Source of the DNA: Chiloscyllium plagiosum
Lineage: Eukaryota
Reading direction: 5' to 3'
Length of the DNA: 64,000 nucleotides
Assembly: GCF_004010195.1 (NCBI RefSeq)
Contig: NC_057719.1
Location: 85,380,923 to 85,444,922, forward strand
In this document: piece after piece, positions 25,031-38,944 of the stretch
How the letters are laid out: every line of letters begins with the position of its first letter
How positions within the stretch are numbered: the stretch's first letter is position 1
The notes under the pieces: generated by a model
Told to the model about the DNA's origin: nothing
Seen by the model: the letters and a program-made list of their open reading frames with translations, nothing else
Databases searched by the model: none
Program-made: the position numbers and the translations under genes

Positions 25031-28000
25031 TTCATGCAAAATATCATCCTTAAGACTATCAATTTGGACATCCTACACTTTTCTCAGTTTCCAATGCAAC
25101 ACCCAAAGGATCAATGTGTTTCAAATACCTGTACAATCTTTCAACCAGAATGCAACAAGACAGTGATAAATTACCAGAGTTAGGAAAACAACAACCAAGG
25201 GAAGAAGGTTCTGCATCACCGAAGTTTGTAGTTTAGATCCAACTTGGATGTCCTCGGTTTCAATCTGGCCATTATTCTACTCAGAATTGTCATCCTGTAT
25301 TATTAGAAGTATCTGATACAGGAGCTGAAGAGGATAAAGTGAGACTTAGAGTTTGCTGCTTTTTCTTAATACGTAAGTATTGAATTGTCAGAGAGGATTT
25401 CTCCCCAACAAGATGGGGAGTTGGCAGAAATCGTGCATCCCTGCATATGGCTGCGAGGCAGGGTAACACTAAAAAGGGAAACATACAAGAAAACGTCAGG
25501 CTTCAAAACTACTTGCATATGCTGAATTCTGGAGCAGATGTAACCCAATTGCAGAGCAGGATTATTTCCAAGCCAGAGCTGGTGGAAACAGGACATTGAT
25601 CGACATCAGACATAGAAATCACAAAAGCTGCAAATTCTTAAGGAAAAACACATGTGCACTCATAGACAGTGAGTGCAGTCCATGGTAACATGTATGTGGT
25701 TGTGGGCCAGTAAAAGAGAAGGCTCTTTCATCAGTAGAGAACCAAAAAAAGATTCTGAAGACAACGATGGCAGAAGAAGGCAAACACCACAGAAGATAGA
25801 AGATGACACAGAGTAGAAAGCTGAAAAAAGAAGCTAGAAGGGTGAAACTGCAAGAAGGGGGTGTTTTCCCATCCAGAATTAATATAGGAAGTATTTAATC
25901 TGCTTTAGATAGCAAATTGTTGCCTGAATTTATTGTCCTTATAAGCTTGCTCTCACTTTGTCTCAATAAGGTCGATTCAGAATTGAATATTCATTGTCAA
26001 ACCCAATGCTGTATCACAAAGAGGATGAAACTAACAACTCCAGTACCCATTTAACTGGCACAGTGGTAGCATCCGTATCTCTGAGCCAGACAACCCAGGT
26101 TCAAGTCCCACCTGCTCCAGAAATGTGCAATAACATCTCTGAACAAGCTGATGAGAAAATATTTCTTTCTAAGCAGAACACACTACAGCGCTTTGCTGGG
26201 AAGATGGTTCTAAAAGGAAACACAAGTATGAGGAAAATTACTCAAAAAGATATTTTTAAATTTCAAGGATGACTAAAAATGGATGTGTGCACTAAAGGGA
26301 GTCTGGTCACCAGTGGGGACGTTATCTTTTGATAAAAAGATCTCAGCAAATAAAACAATTTTCATTGAGATGGTTCACATCTTAACATATTTATCAGAAT
26401 TAGTGCTTCTCCTAATTCATTCCTCCTATTGCCTTCCATAAAGATGATGCTTGCTGGGGTACAATTCCCCAGGAGTTGACAGTCTCTATGGTACAAAATA
26501 CAACACCGGATACTGTCAGGCTTCGTGAATCTGACAGTATCATAAGCCCAGTTAAAAACACAAAGTGGATAAACTCAGGAGGTCTGGCAGCAGTCATGCA
26601 CAGAGGAACAGAATTGATATCTCAAGTTCAATAACGTTCTTCTTCTTCTGAACAGTCATGCTGGACTTGAAACATTGTCTCTGCTTCTCTCGCAAATCTG
26701 TTGAATTGCTCCAGCACATGGTTTTTATTTCAGATTTCCAGTACCTGCAGTATTTTACTGTCACACTAGCATCACAAGCCTAGCTTGTTCCGATCCTCAC
26801 ATGTTTAATAATATCCAAATATGGCAGTTTTCTACAGGACTTCATTCACAAGAAATGGGTAGAAACTTGTTACTTTTCTAACATTCATCCAAGAGCCTAA
26901 TGTGAATTAAAGAAGCCCAAGGCTGCTTAGGCTAAAATCAGTTAATCCAACACAGATCAGGGTTTGAACCTGGGACTTTCTGGTCCAACTAGCTCAGTAT
27001 TAGATCAGATGGTGAATTTACTTCCCGAATTAATTAACTAGTCCCCAGCCCTGCCACTCAGGCACAGAGACACATACACACCCAAATGTGACTTTTACCT
27101 CTCATCCTGTCCCCAAGGTTTGCTGCTCTGTCCCTTAAAGCTGAGCAAGTGACATTGTTTCCAAGCCCTCTGTTGATGCTGCCCTTAGCCTTGATGGTTG
27201 ACTTCTGCCAGTTCTGCTTTTCAGGGACTCAACACCTCTATTCAATTCAAAAGCTTGCAAATAATCCTACTGCATGTTCTTTTACCCTGCCCAATAACTT
27301 TACGTGGCTCCTTGTCAAATGCCTTCTATAAATCCAAATACAGTACATTATTGGCCATACAGCATTTTACTCCTTCAAAAGAACTCCAACTGACGAAATA
27401 GGATTCCTCTTTCACAAAATCATGCTGACTCTTCCTGATTCCTTGAGTTTTTGGACCTCCTCAGCATTTTCTACTGTGAAGATTGATACAAAGAATTTAT
27501 TCAAATCCTCTGCCATTTCCTGGTTCCCAATTATTATTTCCATAGCCTCATTCTCAAAGTGGCCCATGTTCACTTTGACCTCTCCATTTTTTTATGTATT
27601 TTATGTATTTTGCTGTCTGTTTTGATATTACTTACCAGTTTACCCTCAACATTTATTTTCTCCCTGCTTCTATATTTTTAAAATCATCTTTTGTTGCTGT
27701 GCTTTTCTTTTAAAACTTTCCCAATACTCCATGTTTCAACTCATTTTTGTCACACAGTACTTTTTCTTTCAATCTGATACTATTCTTAAATTCCTTGGTT
27801 CACTGTGGTTGGTTTATCCCCCTTCTAGAATCTTTCTTCCTCACTGGGATATATTCCTTATGATGGAAGTCGAGCTAAATGGCCTATTGTTACCTATTTT
27901 CTGCCTTCCTCTCTTCTTGAATAGAAGGATTATATTTGCTACTTTATGGAACCTTCCCAGCCTTAGAGAATTTTGGAAAATTAGCACAAAGGCTTTTGAC

Positions 28001-28629
28001 GGTGGTTCTTCTGATGCTGGAGTTTGTTAAATAGGGACACTGAGAATTTGGGCTGTGAAACTGCCCCCCTTCCACTCTTTGGCTCTCAAGAGAACATAGA
28101 CATTTCATTTTGTGAACTTCTGCTTTGTCCCTATAATTCAATATTTTCCCACAGTTGTACTGTCCTGCCTATCACTTATTTATATTTATAATGAAAAAAA
28201 TTAAGAACTAAACCGGAGATGCTGTGCTGAGTTTGGTGAGGTTGAAGTGATAGGCAGGACAGTACAGAACACACAATTATTCAGAGATCAGATGTGGTGA
28301 ACTTGTAATGGCCACAATGCAACTAACAGATTTCTCTTTGTCTGATTCATCATGAGCAGTGCAATCAGTTTTGCTTTTAAAAAGCAGAGCAGAGCAATCA
28401 GCTTCTCATCAACAAAATATAACACAAAGCAAGCACTTAATTTGCTACACATTTACTGATCTTCCACAGCTTTGCACAGCAGAGTACAAAACCAAGTCTT
28501 CAGTGAAAAAGGGGTTTAAACTATGCATTCTGTATTTATTTTCAAGTGGCTGGATTCCAATTTGATAGATACATTTAAATAGCCAAACAGTAGCAATTTG
28601 GAAAATAAATGATTAAAATGGTTTAACAT

Positions 28630-29660
28630 AGGTCATTCAGCCCCTTGAGTGTGATTTCAACTGCTTTCTGTGGTAGCAAATTTCACAGATTGACCACTGT
28701 CCGAGTGCAGAACTTTATCTTGATCTCAGCACTAAATGGTTTAACTGGTTTACCCCTTCCCTTGAGACAGTGACCCCTGGTTCTGGACTCCCCGTCATTA
28801 AGAAAATCTTTTCTGCATCTACCGGTCTCATCCTATTAGCATTTTATAGTTTTCTATGAGATTCCACCCTCATTCTTCTGAACCTCAGCGAATATAACCC
28901 TAAACAACTTAACTTCTCCTCATATCAGCCCTGCCATTCCAGGAATCAGTCTAGTAAACCTTTTGCTGCATTCCCTCTGTAGCAAGAGCATCTTTCCTCA
29001 CAGGAGGCGGCCAAAACTGCACACAATATTCCAGGCATGGTCTTACCAAGGCCCTGTATAATTTCAGCAAGATAACCTACTCCTGTACTCAAATCCTCTC
29101 GCTATGAAAGCCAACACATGACCTCCTGCTGCACTTACATGCTTACCTTCAGTGACTGGTAAACAAAGACATCCAGATCTTGTTACACATTTCCCTCCCT
29201 AAATTTGTAGCCATTCAAGTAATAATCACATTCCTGTTTTCTTCTCCCAAAGTAGATAGTCTCACATTTGTCCACATCCTACTGCACCTGCCACACATTT
29301 GCCCACCTCACTCTGTGTCCAAATCACACTGAAGCATCTCTGTATCCTCCTCACAGTTTACCCCCCCACCCACTTTTGTATCATCTGCAAATGTAGACAT
29401 ACTACATTTAGCTCACTCAGCCAAATTAATATACATTGTAAGTAGCTGGTGTCCTACCACCAATTCCTGTGATACCCCACTAGTCACTGCCATTCGGAAA
29501 CGACCCGTTTATTCCCACTCTTGTTCTGCCACTAACCCCAATTCCATGTCCTTTTACTGCACATGCTAATCTCTTATGTGGGACTTTGTTAAAAACCTTA
29601 TGGAGGTTCAAATAAACTACATCAATTGGTTCCCCCTCATCAACTCCATTAGTTAACACT
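28630..29660 (-). mobile_element. CR1 LINE RT and 3' remnant
   Basis: ORF 29480-29722 contains GVDEGEPIDVVYLNLHKVFNKVPH. Confidence 0.85.
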
Positions 29661-29724
29661 GAGGCTGGGGAGCTGCAAACATAACATTTACGTATTACAG
29701 TAGTATTGCTGATGCAGGACATAA

Positions 29725-30258
29725 TTAGAGAGTAGAAAATGTGTTGCTGGAAAAGCGCAGCAGGTCAGGCAGCATCCAAGGAACAGGAGAATCGACATTT
29801 CGGGCATAAGCTCTTCTTCAAGAATGAGGAAAGTGTGTCCAGCAGGCTAAGATAAAAGTTAGGGAGGAGGGACTTGGGGGAGGGGCGTTAGAGATGCAAT
29901 AGGTGGAAGGAGGTCAAGGTGAGGGTGATAGGNNNNNNNNNNNNNNNNNNNNNNNNNNNNNNNNNNNNNNNNNNNNNNNNNNNNNNNNNNNNNNNNNNNN
30001 NNNNNNNNNNNNNNNNNNNNNNNNNNNNNNNNNNNNNNNNNNNNNNNNNNNNNNNNNNNNNNNNNNNNNNNNNNNNNNNNNNNNNNNNNNNNNNNNNNNN
30101 NNNNNNNNNNNNNNNNNNNNNNTGTGTGTGGAGGTGCAGGTGAATTTGTGGCGGATATGGAAGTATCCCTTGGGGCCTTGAAGGGAAGTAAGGGGGGAGG
30201 TGTGGGCGCAAGTTTTGCATTTCTTGCGGTTGCAGGGGAAGGTGCCGGGAGTGGAGAG
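29725..30258 (-). mobile_element. Penelope-like element (family A) 3' end spanning an assembly gap
   Basis: PGTFPCNRKKCKTCAH...FTCTSTH resembles the Cys-rich linker upstream of GIY-YIG. The terminal repeat has a decayed hammerhead (UUGAAGA-A-GAGC-UUAU-GCCC-GAAA). N gap at 29933-30122. Confidence 0.8.
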
Positions 30259-31688
30259 TAACAAATTTACATAGTGGTTTTTCTTTACTATATATGATAC
30301 ATACAAACATACACACTCACACAAACTCTGAAAGAACATGCTACATGCAATTATAGCTTAAGTCCAAGTTTGCTTTGCATACTTAAATGAAAAGATATTA
30401 ACACCCACATGAAGGATTAGTGATTATAGATCGTGGGTACAGTTTGATTCAATGGGTTAAGCTAAGAGATGGAATATATTGCTGAACATAACATCTATTT
30501 TCCAAATTGTACATCACTGTTCATCTGCTAAGGCAACCTGACGACAATACTAACATACATAGTTCCGAGACAGCAATTAATACAGTCCTTCAGAGCAGAC
30601 GTGATGGCAGTAAATGACAGGGGTACAATTGTCCAATACCCAGCCTTGGAAAAACAGTGCCCAATTTAGAGGGGAGCAGGAAGGGCTTAGTGTGGGAATG
30701 CTGTCCAGTGGCAACAGGTCAATTAGCCTCATTAACAAACTGGGATTTAAAAGCTTAGAGATTGAATAAGATGTGCCTCACAAAGACTGCCAGCAAACCT
30801 AATAGGGTTTGCTGCACAGTCTACCAGGGTAGTCCCTCATTGAAATGCACTCAGTGTCCATCTCAAGGAGGGAGAATTGCTGTCACAAGAACTAAATTCT
30901 GCCTATACAGTCAATTTAGATGCCAATGGCAAACTACTCAATTGTCAAAGTTTAAGTGAAAGTAACAAGGGATTGATGGGGTTAAATGTGTCACAGATCC
31001 TCTTATCATAACGATCAGTTCATGCCCCAGAGAAATATACAGGAAAACAGGGTAGAAGTACATAATGCGGCAGAATGCCACACAGACATTTCCTGGATTG
31101 GGGCTCACACGCACAGGCTTGGCATCAAGTCAGGGACTTTAAATGAAGCCCACTTTAAAATTACACACAAGCAATACTGAAATACAAACAGTATATTATT
31201 TTTGATGAATTTTATATTCATACAGAGGCATTTGGGTTATGCAGTTGAACTTTCTATGTTCCCAGTACTTTGGAGCTAATGGTGCACCATCGGTTTTGCT
31301 GCCCTTGTACTTCTAAGTGGTAGAAGTTAGGATTTACAGAAGGGTTTGCAAAGAATCATGAATACATGCTGTGGACAAGATATGGCAATAATGGAGGGCA
31401 TTGATATTTAGGATAAAGGGCAAAGTGCCAGTCTGGCCAACAACTTTGGCTTTATGGCTTCCTGAGAGTTACTGGAGCGGCACCTATCCAGACAAGTCCA
31501 TGTCACTCTCGACCTGTGCCTTGGCAATGGAGTGATTTTGTAAAATCAGAAGGTTAGCCATTTTCCACAAAATGACCAGTCTCTGTTCCATTCTATATTG
31601 ATATAGTCAAAAATTACATGGAGCTATTGTGATTGAATTTCAACCATTTTGGTGAGACTAGTTATACAAGAAAAGCAGGTTCTTTCCC

Positions 31689-32030
31689 GCAATGGTGGCT
31701 CAGTGGTTAGCACTGCTGCCTTCCAGCATCAGGGACTCTGGTTTGATTCCAGTCTTGGCTGCCTATCTGGAGTTTGCACATTCTCCCTGTGTCTGCGTGG
31801 GTTTCCTTCAGATGCTTTGGTTTCCTCCAACAGTCCAAAGATGTGTACGTTAGGTGGATTGGTCACACTAAATTGCCCATATAGTGTCCAGGGTTGTGCA
31901 GGCTAGTTGAATATGCAGGGTTACGGGGATAGGGTAGGGTTGGTGGGTCTGTCTGTTTTGGATGCTCTTCAGTTAGTGCAGACTTGATGGGCTGAATGGC
32001 CTTTTTACACACTGTAGGGATTCTATGATT
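31689..32030 (+). mobile_element. HE1-type V-SINE
   Basis: TGGCTCAGTGGTTAGCACTGCTGCC head and a CR1-like 3' tail. Confidence 0.88.
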
Positions 32031-32192
32031 ATAACATCGGTCAATCAATTTGGAGTTTACATCAATTAGTTCTTCATAATTACTTCTAATGATATCAACT
32101 GAATTTGTGAACATCGGACCTAGGAAATTGAAGGCTGCCAATAGTGGAGCTATTAATAATGAAACAATGAAAATCAGGGAATCATTATCTAT

Positions 32193-32495
32193 TGGGCAGT
32201 ACGGTGGCTCAGTGGTTAGCACTGCTGCCTCACAGTGCCAGGGACCCGGGTTCAATTCCTGCCTCGGGCAATTGTGTGTGTGGAGTTTGCACGTGTTTCC
32301 TCCGGGTGGTCTGGTTTCCTCCCACAGTCCAAAAATGTGCAGGCCAGGTGAATTGGCTATGTTAAATTGCCTATAGTGTTAGGTGGATTAGTCGGGGGTA
32401 AATATCGGGAGGTGGGTTTCTCTTCGGAGGGTCGGTGTGGACTTGTTGGGCCGAAGGGCCTGTTTCCACACTGTAGGTAATTTAGTCTAATCTAA
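32193..32495 (+). mobile_element. HE1-type V-SINE
   Basis: A-box and B-box head GGTGGCTCAGTGG...GGTTCAATTCC. Confidence 0.88.
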
Positions 32496-32889
32496 CCTAT
32501 CCTCGTAAACTGACATGGTCCCTGCATCAAGTAGGCATTCCTCAGTTTCTTGATATTTAGGTTAGAATCATCATCCTGGAGTCCATATTTGTTCTGATGT
32601 TCTGGCCCCCAATATCCACTTTACCACTTCATCAAATATTACTAGAAATCACAACAAAAATCGACTATACCCAGCTTCTAATCAAATCCCTAAAATTAAA
32701 GAACCTCATGTGCTGGAGATCTGAAACAAATGAGACCAGAAAGTTTTGGAGAAACTCAGCAGGTCTGGTAGCATCTATGGAAAAAAGACAGAAGTTAGTC
32801 TTTTGAGTCCAGTGACCCTTCTTCAGAACCTTCTGTTTTCGTTTGCTTCTCAAGAAACCACACCCATTGGGCTATGATAGCCAGCCTGG

Positions 32890-34110
32890 CAATCTCTTTT
32901 TCACCTAAAATACATTTAATTCACAAAAAATTCTTAAGTTACAAATTTAACATCGAATAAAGTGCAAAACAGATCAGTTTCTTTGAACACAGTATTTGCC
33001 ATAGGCCTTAGAAAATGGCCTTCCCTATTGTGTCTTTGCTGTTGTTGGCCCAAGCTTTACTGCACCCTCAGCATATACTGGAGAACTTTTAAAAAAGGTT
33101 TTGCAATTTACATATGAAAGAACTGAAACCAACATGGTCATTCTAAAAGTGGAGAGACTTAACAAACAATCCAGGTCTTTTTCAATATATTATTTCAGTT
33201 CCATCACACTGTAAACTTTTGCTATAAATTCTGCATCTTACAATCTTATTCTCCACAACCACCAGATGAAGGAACAGCGCTCCAAAAGCTAGTGCTTCCA
33301 AATAGACCTGCTGGACTATAACCTGGTGTTGTGTGATTTTTAAACTTTGTACACCCTCAGCATATAGTCCTGGATCTTGGAATGTGTCAGTCTGTAGTAG
33401 CTAGTTGTTCATAATAGCTCTTTGTGCAGGAAAGCCAGCAATTTTTAAGCAGCAGAAAGGGGCATCTTCAAAATGTGATGATCCTCAATGGAGCAGTTGT
33501 CGTTTATCATAGTGCATATGGTACTGGGGCTGTCTGGAGCACAGTGTTACAAAACTGCATGCGATGAACTTTGGCAAAAATCACTGCATCTCTTTCCAGG
33601 TCTTGTTTATAAGAGTAAATTGCAGAAGGATGCACACAGCAGTTCTTCCCCACTGCAGGCACAGAGTGAGGAGTGTTTGGATTCCAGGTATGTAGACTGG
33701 GGGGGCTTTCCCATCCAATCAAATAAGCTGTATGTTGATTTTTGTTTGGAAGTTCTGAAGACTAAGTGCTTTACCAGATGACTTTAACAGTCTGCTCCAT
33801 GAATCATCTCCTTTACCATCTCCCTTTCCCAAAGGACCTTGAAGACATTGCATTTGGATCAGTACCCAATTGTTTCTCTGCATAAAAGCTTCACTACAAG
33901 GTACCAAACAGTCCAACTTACTGCAGTGCTCTGTGGCAACGTGGCAAGATTCATCCTTCAGTATGTTAGAGATAAATAGAACCTCAGAACACAGCAACAT
34001 GGTGTTTGGATATCATTGGTCTACACTCAGCTCAATGCTATCTCTGATCTGGCATTGCCCACTGACTATTGGAATCAGACCAATCACTGTCACCCTCTAG
34101 CTTCCCTGCA
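32890..34110 (-). mobile_element. Probable decayed L1/Tx1-type LINE 3' region, interrupted by a Penelope family C insert (33078-33351)
   Basis: The insert is bounded by the direct repeat CACCCTCAGCATATA (33063-33077 and 33352-33366). The host LINE class is inferred from general resemblance only. Confidence 0.5.
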
Positions 34111-35299
34111 CACTGACCTTTACAGTCAAATTGGTCATTGAGAGTCATTAATAATCTGAATATTTTGACTGCAGATTATGAGTCCCCACAGTTAATGTAA
34201 TTCTAAACATCCGCAGCTTGCCTTCGCTATATAACCTACAAGTTTTACTTTTCAAAATGCACCTGATGGTTCAGTAGTTAAAGTCACATCTTTAGAATAT
34301 TTGAGATATAGGAGTACGTGTGCCTCAGTGTCCACAGCTGGGCTTTGGAAATGAGAATTTAGCGTGAGTTTCACATCATGACCATAACCTAGCGTCTTTT
34401 ATGGGACCAATACATACATGAATATTGTACAGGATCAAAGTATGCCATGTGACATGCTCCCCATTCTACAAAAGCTATTCCCCTCCCCAATCTGACACTG
34501 CAAGAATGGTGACCTGATTGGTGACCGTAAACTAATCAAAAAATAATGTCTTAATGAGAGGCAGCCAGAAACTTGGCAATGTCTGCATTACTGGACAGAA
34601 GTGGGGGAACTCACTCGTGAGTTTGACTGCCTTGTTCTAATAGACGACAATATTAAGCTGCATAAATTCTACTCAAACACAGGCTGTAATTCATCTGATA
34701 ATAAAAACTTAATCAGCTGTCATCACACATGGTAAATTGCCTAGGTTAACTGAAGTGCAGGCATATGAAAACCATTACTGCTGCTGTATACAATACCTAC
34801 ATCTGCAACTCCAATCATGGATCACTCACCAAGTTGGCCACAAATTGTGCCGAGATATAGAGCCTGCATTGTTTACTACTTCCTCAAAAAAGCAAACGAG
34901 CTCCTTTCAGTGCAGTAAGCCTGCTGTACAATTCCCAAAGGCAGCATTAAAGATACGGGTGAATGGAGAACAGACACAAGTGAGGAAAGGAAGAGGGGAC
35001 ATCTGAGGAAAGGAACAGCTTGTGTCGATGAGGGGAAAACTGGGAGAAGACAGGAGGCGAGGTCAATTTAAAATTTCTTTCTAATCAGAAAATTACACAT
35101 CAATACACAGAAACTCCAGAACAGCACAGACCACAGCAATGTTATCTGCAGTCTCAAAAACGGACTTTCTCCACAGGCAAAGTTAAATTTCTGACTTCAT
35201 GTCTAAATAACCCTTGAATAAACTTAACCAGTCTTAACATAACTTACTCCACAAAAGCTATTAAGTCATTTATCTATCTTTCTACTTTCAGAAGATTTG

Positions 35300-35765
35300 G
35301 CAAGAATGACTTTAAATTAGTAGCATATGAGCATCGAGCGTGGTAAGGGCACAGAATGGATTCTTTGGGGTGACGGGAGTCTATAAGGTGGGTCTGTCGC
35401 ACTACTCCTCCCCTAGTTGGCTGTGTGCTAAACAACGTAGTTGCTGAAGTAGACCTGCAGCAAATGGTGAGGTAATTAACAGGAAGAGAAAACCTACTAG
35501 ACCTCCCCAATCTACCTCTCATACTTGTATCTATCCTTGACAGCATTGGTAGCAAAGACTGCCACACAGTTCTCGTGGAAATGGAAGTTCTGACTTCAAG
35601 TTGAGGCCACTCTCTTCATCATGCTATGTCATATTACCGCAGTGCTAAATGTGACAGATATGGCACAGATCTAGCAACTCAAAGCTTGGCATCCATGTTG
35701 TGCTTTTAGCCATCTGCAATAGCAGAATTACATTTAATCACAATGTGTAACTTCATAGCCTAGCA
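35300..35765 (+). mobile_element. Old LINE endonuclease-region remnant
   Basis: Decayed NLLDL... and ..SDH..V-like blocks of the APE domain, with many stops and frameshifts. Confidence 0.55.
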
Positions 35766-35769
35766 TAGA

Positions 35770-36112
35770 GATTAGAATCCCTACAGTGTTGAAACAGGCC
35801 CTTCGGTCCAACAGGTCCACACTGACCCTCCGAAGAGTAACCCACCCAGACCCATTCCCCTAGCGTATATTTACCCTGACTAATGCACCTAACCTACACA
35901 TCCTCGAACACCATGGGCAATTTAGCATGGCCAATTCACCTAATCTGCAAATCTCCGAATTGTTTGAGGAAACTTAAGTACCCGGAGGAAACCCACGCAG
36001 ACACAGGGAGAATGTGCAAACCCCACACAGACACTCATCCAAGGTTGGAATTGAACCCGGGTCCATGGCGCTGTGAAGCTGCATTGGTAACCATTGAGCC
36101 AACGTGCCACCC
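35770..36112 (-). mobile_element. HE1-type V-SINE
   Basis: Reverse complement of the HE1 head and body. Confidence 0.88.
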
Positions 36113-36809
36113 CCTTACACACTATCAATATAATCAAGCTGAAGGACCAACCCTGGTTCAAAAAGAGAGTGTACACAATGGCAAGCCAAGAGTAGCACCA
36201 GCCATACCTAAATTTAGAGTGTCAAGCTGATGAAGCTCCAACACAGGACTAGTTGTGTGGCTAACAGTAGCAGCAGTATGTAATTCATAGAATGATAAAA
36301 CACAGAAAGGCCATTCGACCCTTCATGCCAGTCATGGTTATTTGGTAGTGCTTCCCAATTAATCATATAACTCAGTTCTATCACAATAACCCTCAATATT
36401 TTGTTTACTTTAACTTTTGACCAGCTCTCTTCACTTTGAGACAAATTGGATGTGTCTCGCCTACACCAGGAGACAAAGCATTTCAAACCACAACTCAGGT
36501 AGATAAAGCTAAACAATCCTGTAACCAATGAATCAGAATGAAGTGCTGCAGTCCTGCCACATCCCACCATGAATGACAATGAATTAAAAAGACAACCGGC
36601 GGAGGATCTCCATCATCGATAAGGGCAGTGGAAGAATGGGAGCATCACTGGCAACTCCCACTTCAAGCCACTCACAAACCCAAATTTGGGACTCTTTCAC
36701 CACACTTTCACGAGTTCAAAATCCTGGAACACACTTCCTAACAGCATTGTGGGTGCGTCTAGACCCCAGGAATACAGCAGTTCAAGAAGACAACTCACGA
36801 TTACATTCT

Positions 36810-37001
36810 AGGAGAAAGTGAGGACTGCAGATGCTGGAGATCAGAGCTGAAAATGTATTGCTGGAAAAGAGCAGCAGGTCAGGCAGCATCCAAGGAGCAG
36901 GAGAAGAAGGGCCTGAAGAAGGGCTCATGCCCGAAACGTCGATTCTCCTGCTCCTTGGATGCTGCCTGACCTGCTGCGCTTTTCCAGCAACACATTTTCA
37001 G
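36810..37001 (+). mobile_element. Fold-back Penelope-derived insert (family A) with intact hammerhead core in its loop and 16-bp target-site duplication
   Basis: 62-nt arms at 36844-36905 and 36943-37004 (2 mismatches). CTGAAGA-A-GGGC-TCAT-GCCC-GAAAC-GTC at 36913-36940. CTCACGATTACATTCT at 36794-36809 and 37002-37017. Confidence 0.85.
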
Positions 37002-38944
37002 CTCACGATTACATTCTCCAGGGCAATCAATAAATGTTAGCCTTACTAGGACAGCCCACATCCAGTGAAAGAAATAAAATAAATGTACATTATTTTCAAA
37101 TTATTACGTGGAACAACATTACATTGACTGAATCTGATCATAATTTCAGCTCTGCCATCTAGAATGGAAAAACTTAGTCGCTCTAAGTTTTCACTCATTT
37201 GGTGTTGTCTAGGTATACCATGTGGGTGACTGAATAAGTACACACAAAAAAAAACAGTTTCATGTACAAGATATTGTTGGGAGGACTGGGTTATTCACTG
37301 TACCCCGGGTCACTTTATTTTACGTGTCACCACAGGGCAAGGCGAATTAATTCTTAGAATGCAAGCTGCGAAGACTAATTTAGAAGTGTGACAGATGCCA
37401 CTGAAATATGGAAGATATCCATAAAACATACAAAGTCTACTCTTGAGCAGCGGGCTATCTTACTTTGCACAGTTCAGTGTTCCCACCCTGAAAATCTGAA
37501 CGAAAAGCACTGCTCAATTGAGAACTGCTTTTGTGTAAAGACTGTATTGCATTATGGGCTCTTAACTTTAAAGTGTAGTCTCAGAACCTCACCACAATAT
37601 TCCCAGTAGACCTCACATTTATGAATCTCAACAACTGAACATTCAATCCTTATGTTAAAACATTGAGGTAGTAATACACATGGGTGATACATGTTCCTGG
37701 TATGACCAAACAGCTTGAGGATCAAGCGATTAGTCCTTTCAAACTGCCGATGTGGCCAATCTTTGAATATTTTCCTCTGCATTTCCAATTCTTTCCTCAC
37801 CAACATGTCTCCTGTGTCATAATTCCTAAAGAGCTAACTGGGGTTTACCAAAATGGTCACCAGATAGAGATCCAGCAAAATGCTAAAGGAGATGGCCTGG
37901 AAATTTAATTAATAACAGCAGCAACTGGTAATTTTGTAACTCAAGTCAGTAGGACCCCAAGGGGCTTCTGCCAGTTTCAGGGCAGGAGAAACCATGAATA
38001 TTTAGCACCAAAAACTCATTCGACTTCACAAAACAAGCACAGCCAAATTACAGTGACCATAGTTATCTTGATAAACTGTAATGTTACTGCTGCTGCCCAT
38101 TAGATTAAAGTTAGAACTCATTTGTCATTTAAAGAATTGCAGTCCCTGGAGTACGACTGCAGTTTTCCATGGACTGTGTTAAAAACATTTTTATAATACT
38201 GAGAACAGCGGTGTTACAGTGCCACTTGCTGGACAAGCAATTTTATAACTCCCAAACTTATTCAGTTAAGAGTGATGTATATCACCTGTTTGTGTGTTCC
38301 TGTTAACCTTTTTGTATCCAGCAATCAATTTTTGTTAATCATGAGACAATGCTTCTTCCTAAAAGATATTATGTATATAGGCCGTAGTGAGGCTCCAGAG
38401 AGTGGAAAGTATCATTTCACAAATTAATTTACTTCCAAAGGAAAAGGCTGTGTTCTGTCAATAGATAAGTTGAACTCTCAGCTCGTTCTTACAAATAAAT
38501 AATAGGACTTTGGCATTGTTGCTTTGGATAGACCTTCACCCCATGAAGTGCACCAAAAATACTAAGATCAAGACGACCAGAGTATAATAGGGACATGTAG
38601 TAAGAAAATTAGGTCTTGTTGCACAGTGGGTAGTGTCCCTGCCTCTGAGCCAGCCCTCCAGGTTCAAGTCCTGTTCCAGGATGGTCAAGATTATGAACAC
38701 ACCTATATGTTGATTATTAGCTGTAAGTTCTTCCAATATGCCAAATGCAAGCATTAAGAGCTGGACACACCTTCGGTCAGCCATGCTCAATGAGAACTGC
38801 AGCCTCTCAAGCGACAGTCTCTGGTGATGGTTAACAGGCTACAAGAAAGCCAGTCTGGGGAAATGGACCAAACTATGTGCCTTGACTGTCTCATACACCA
38901 CTAAGGAAACTGAAGAAGAAATAATACATACTTATTTTTATTCA

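Noticed and set aside
32193..32265. tRNA-like A and B boxes
   Set aside because: These are SINE heads that continue into the HE1 body and do not form a complete cloverleaf.
35274..35567. Minus-strand ORF with a good-looking acceptor (TTTGCTGCAG), a possible terminal exon
   Set aside because: The plus strand is a decayed LINE endonuclease region and the peptide matches nothing I recognise.
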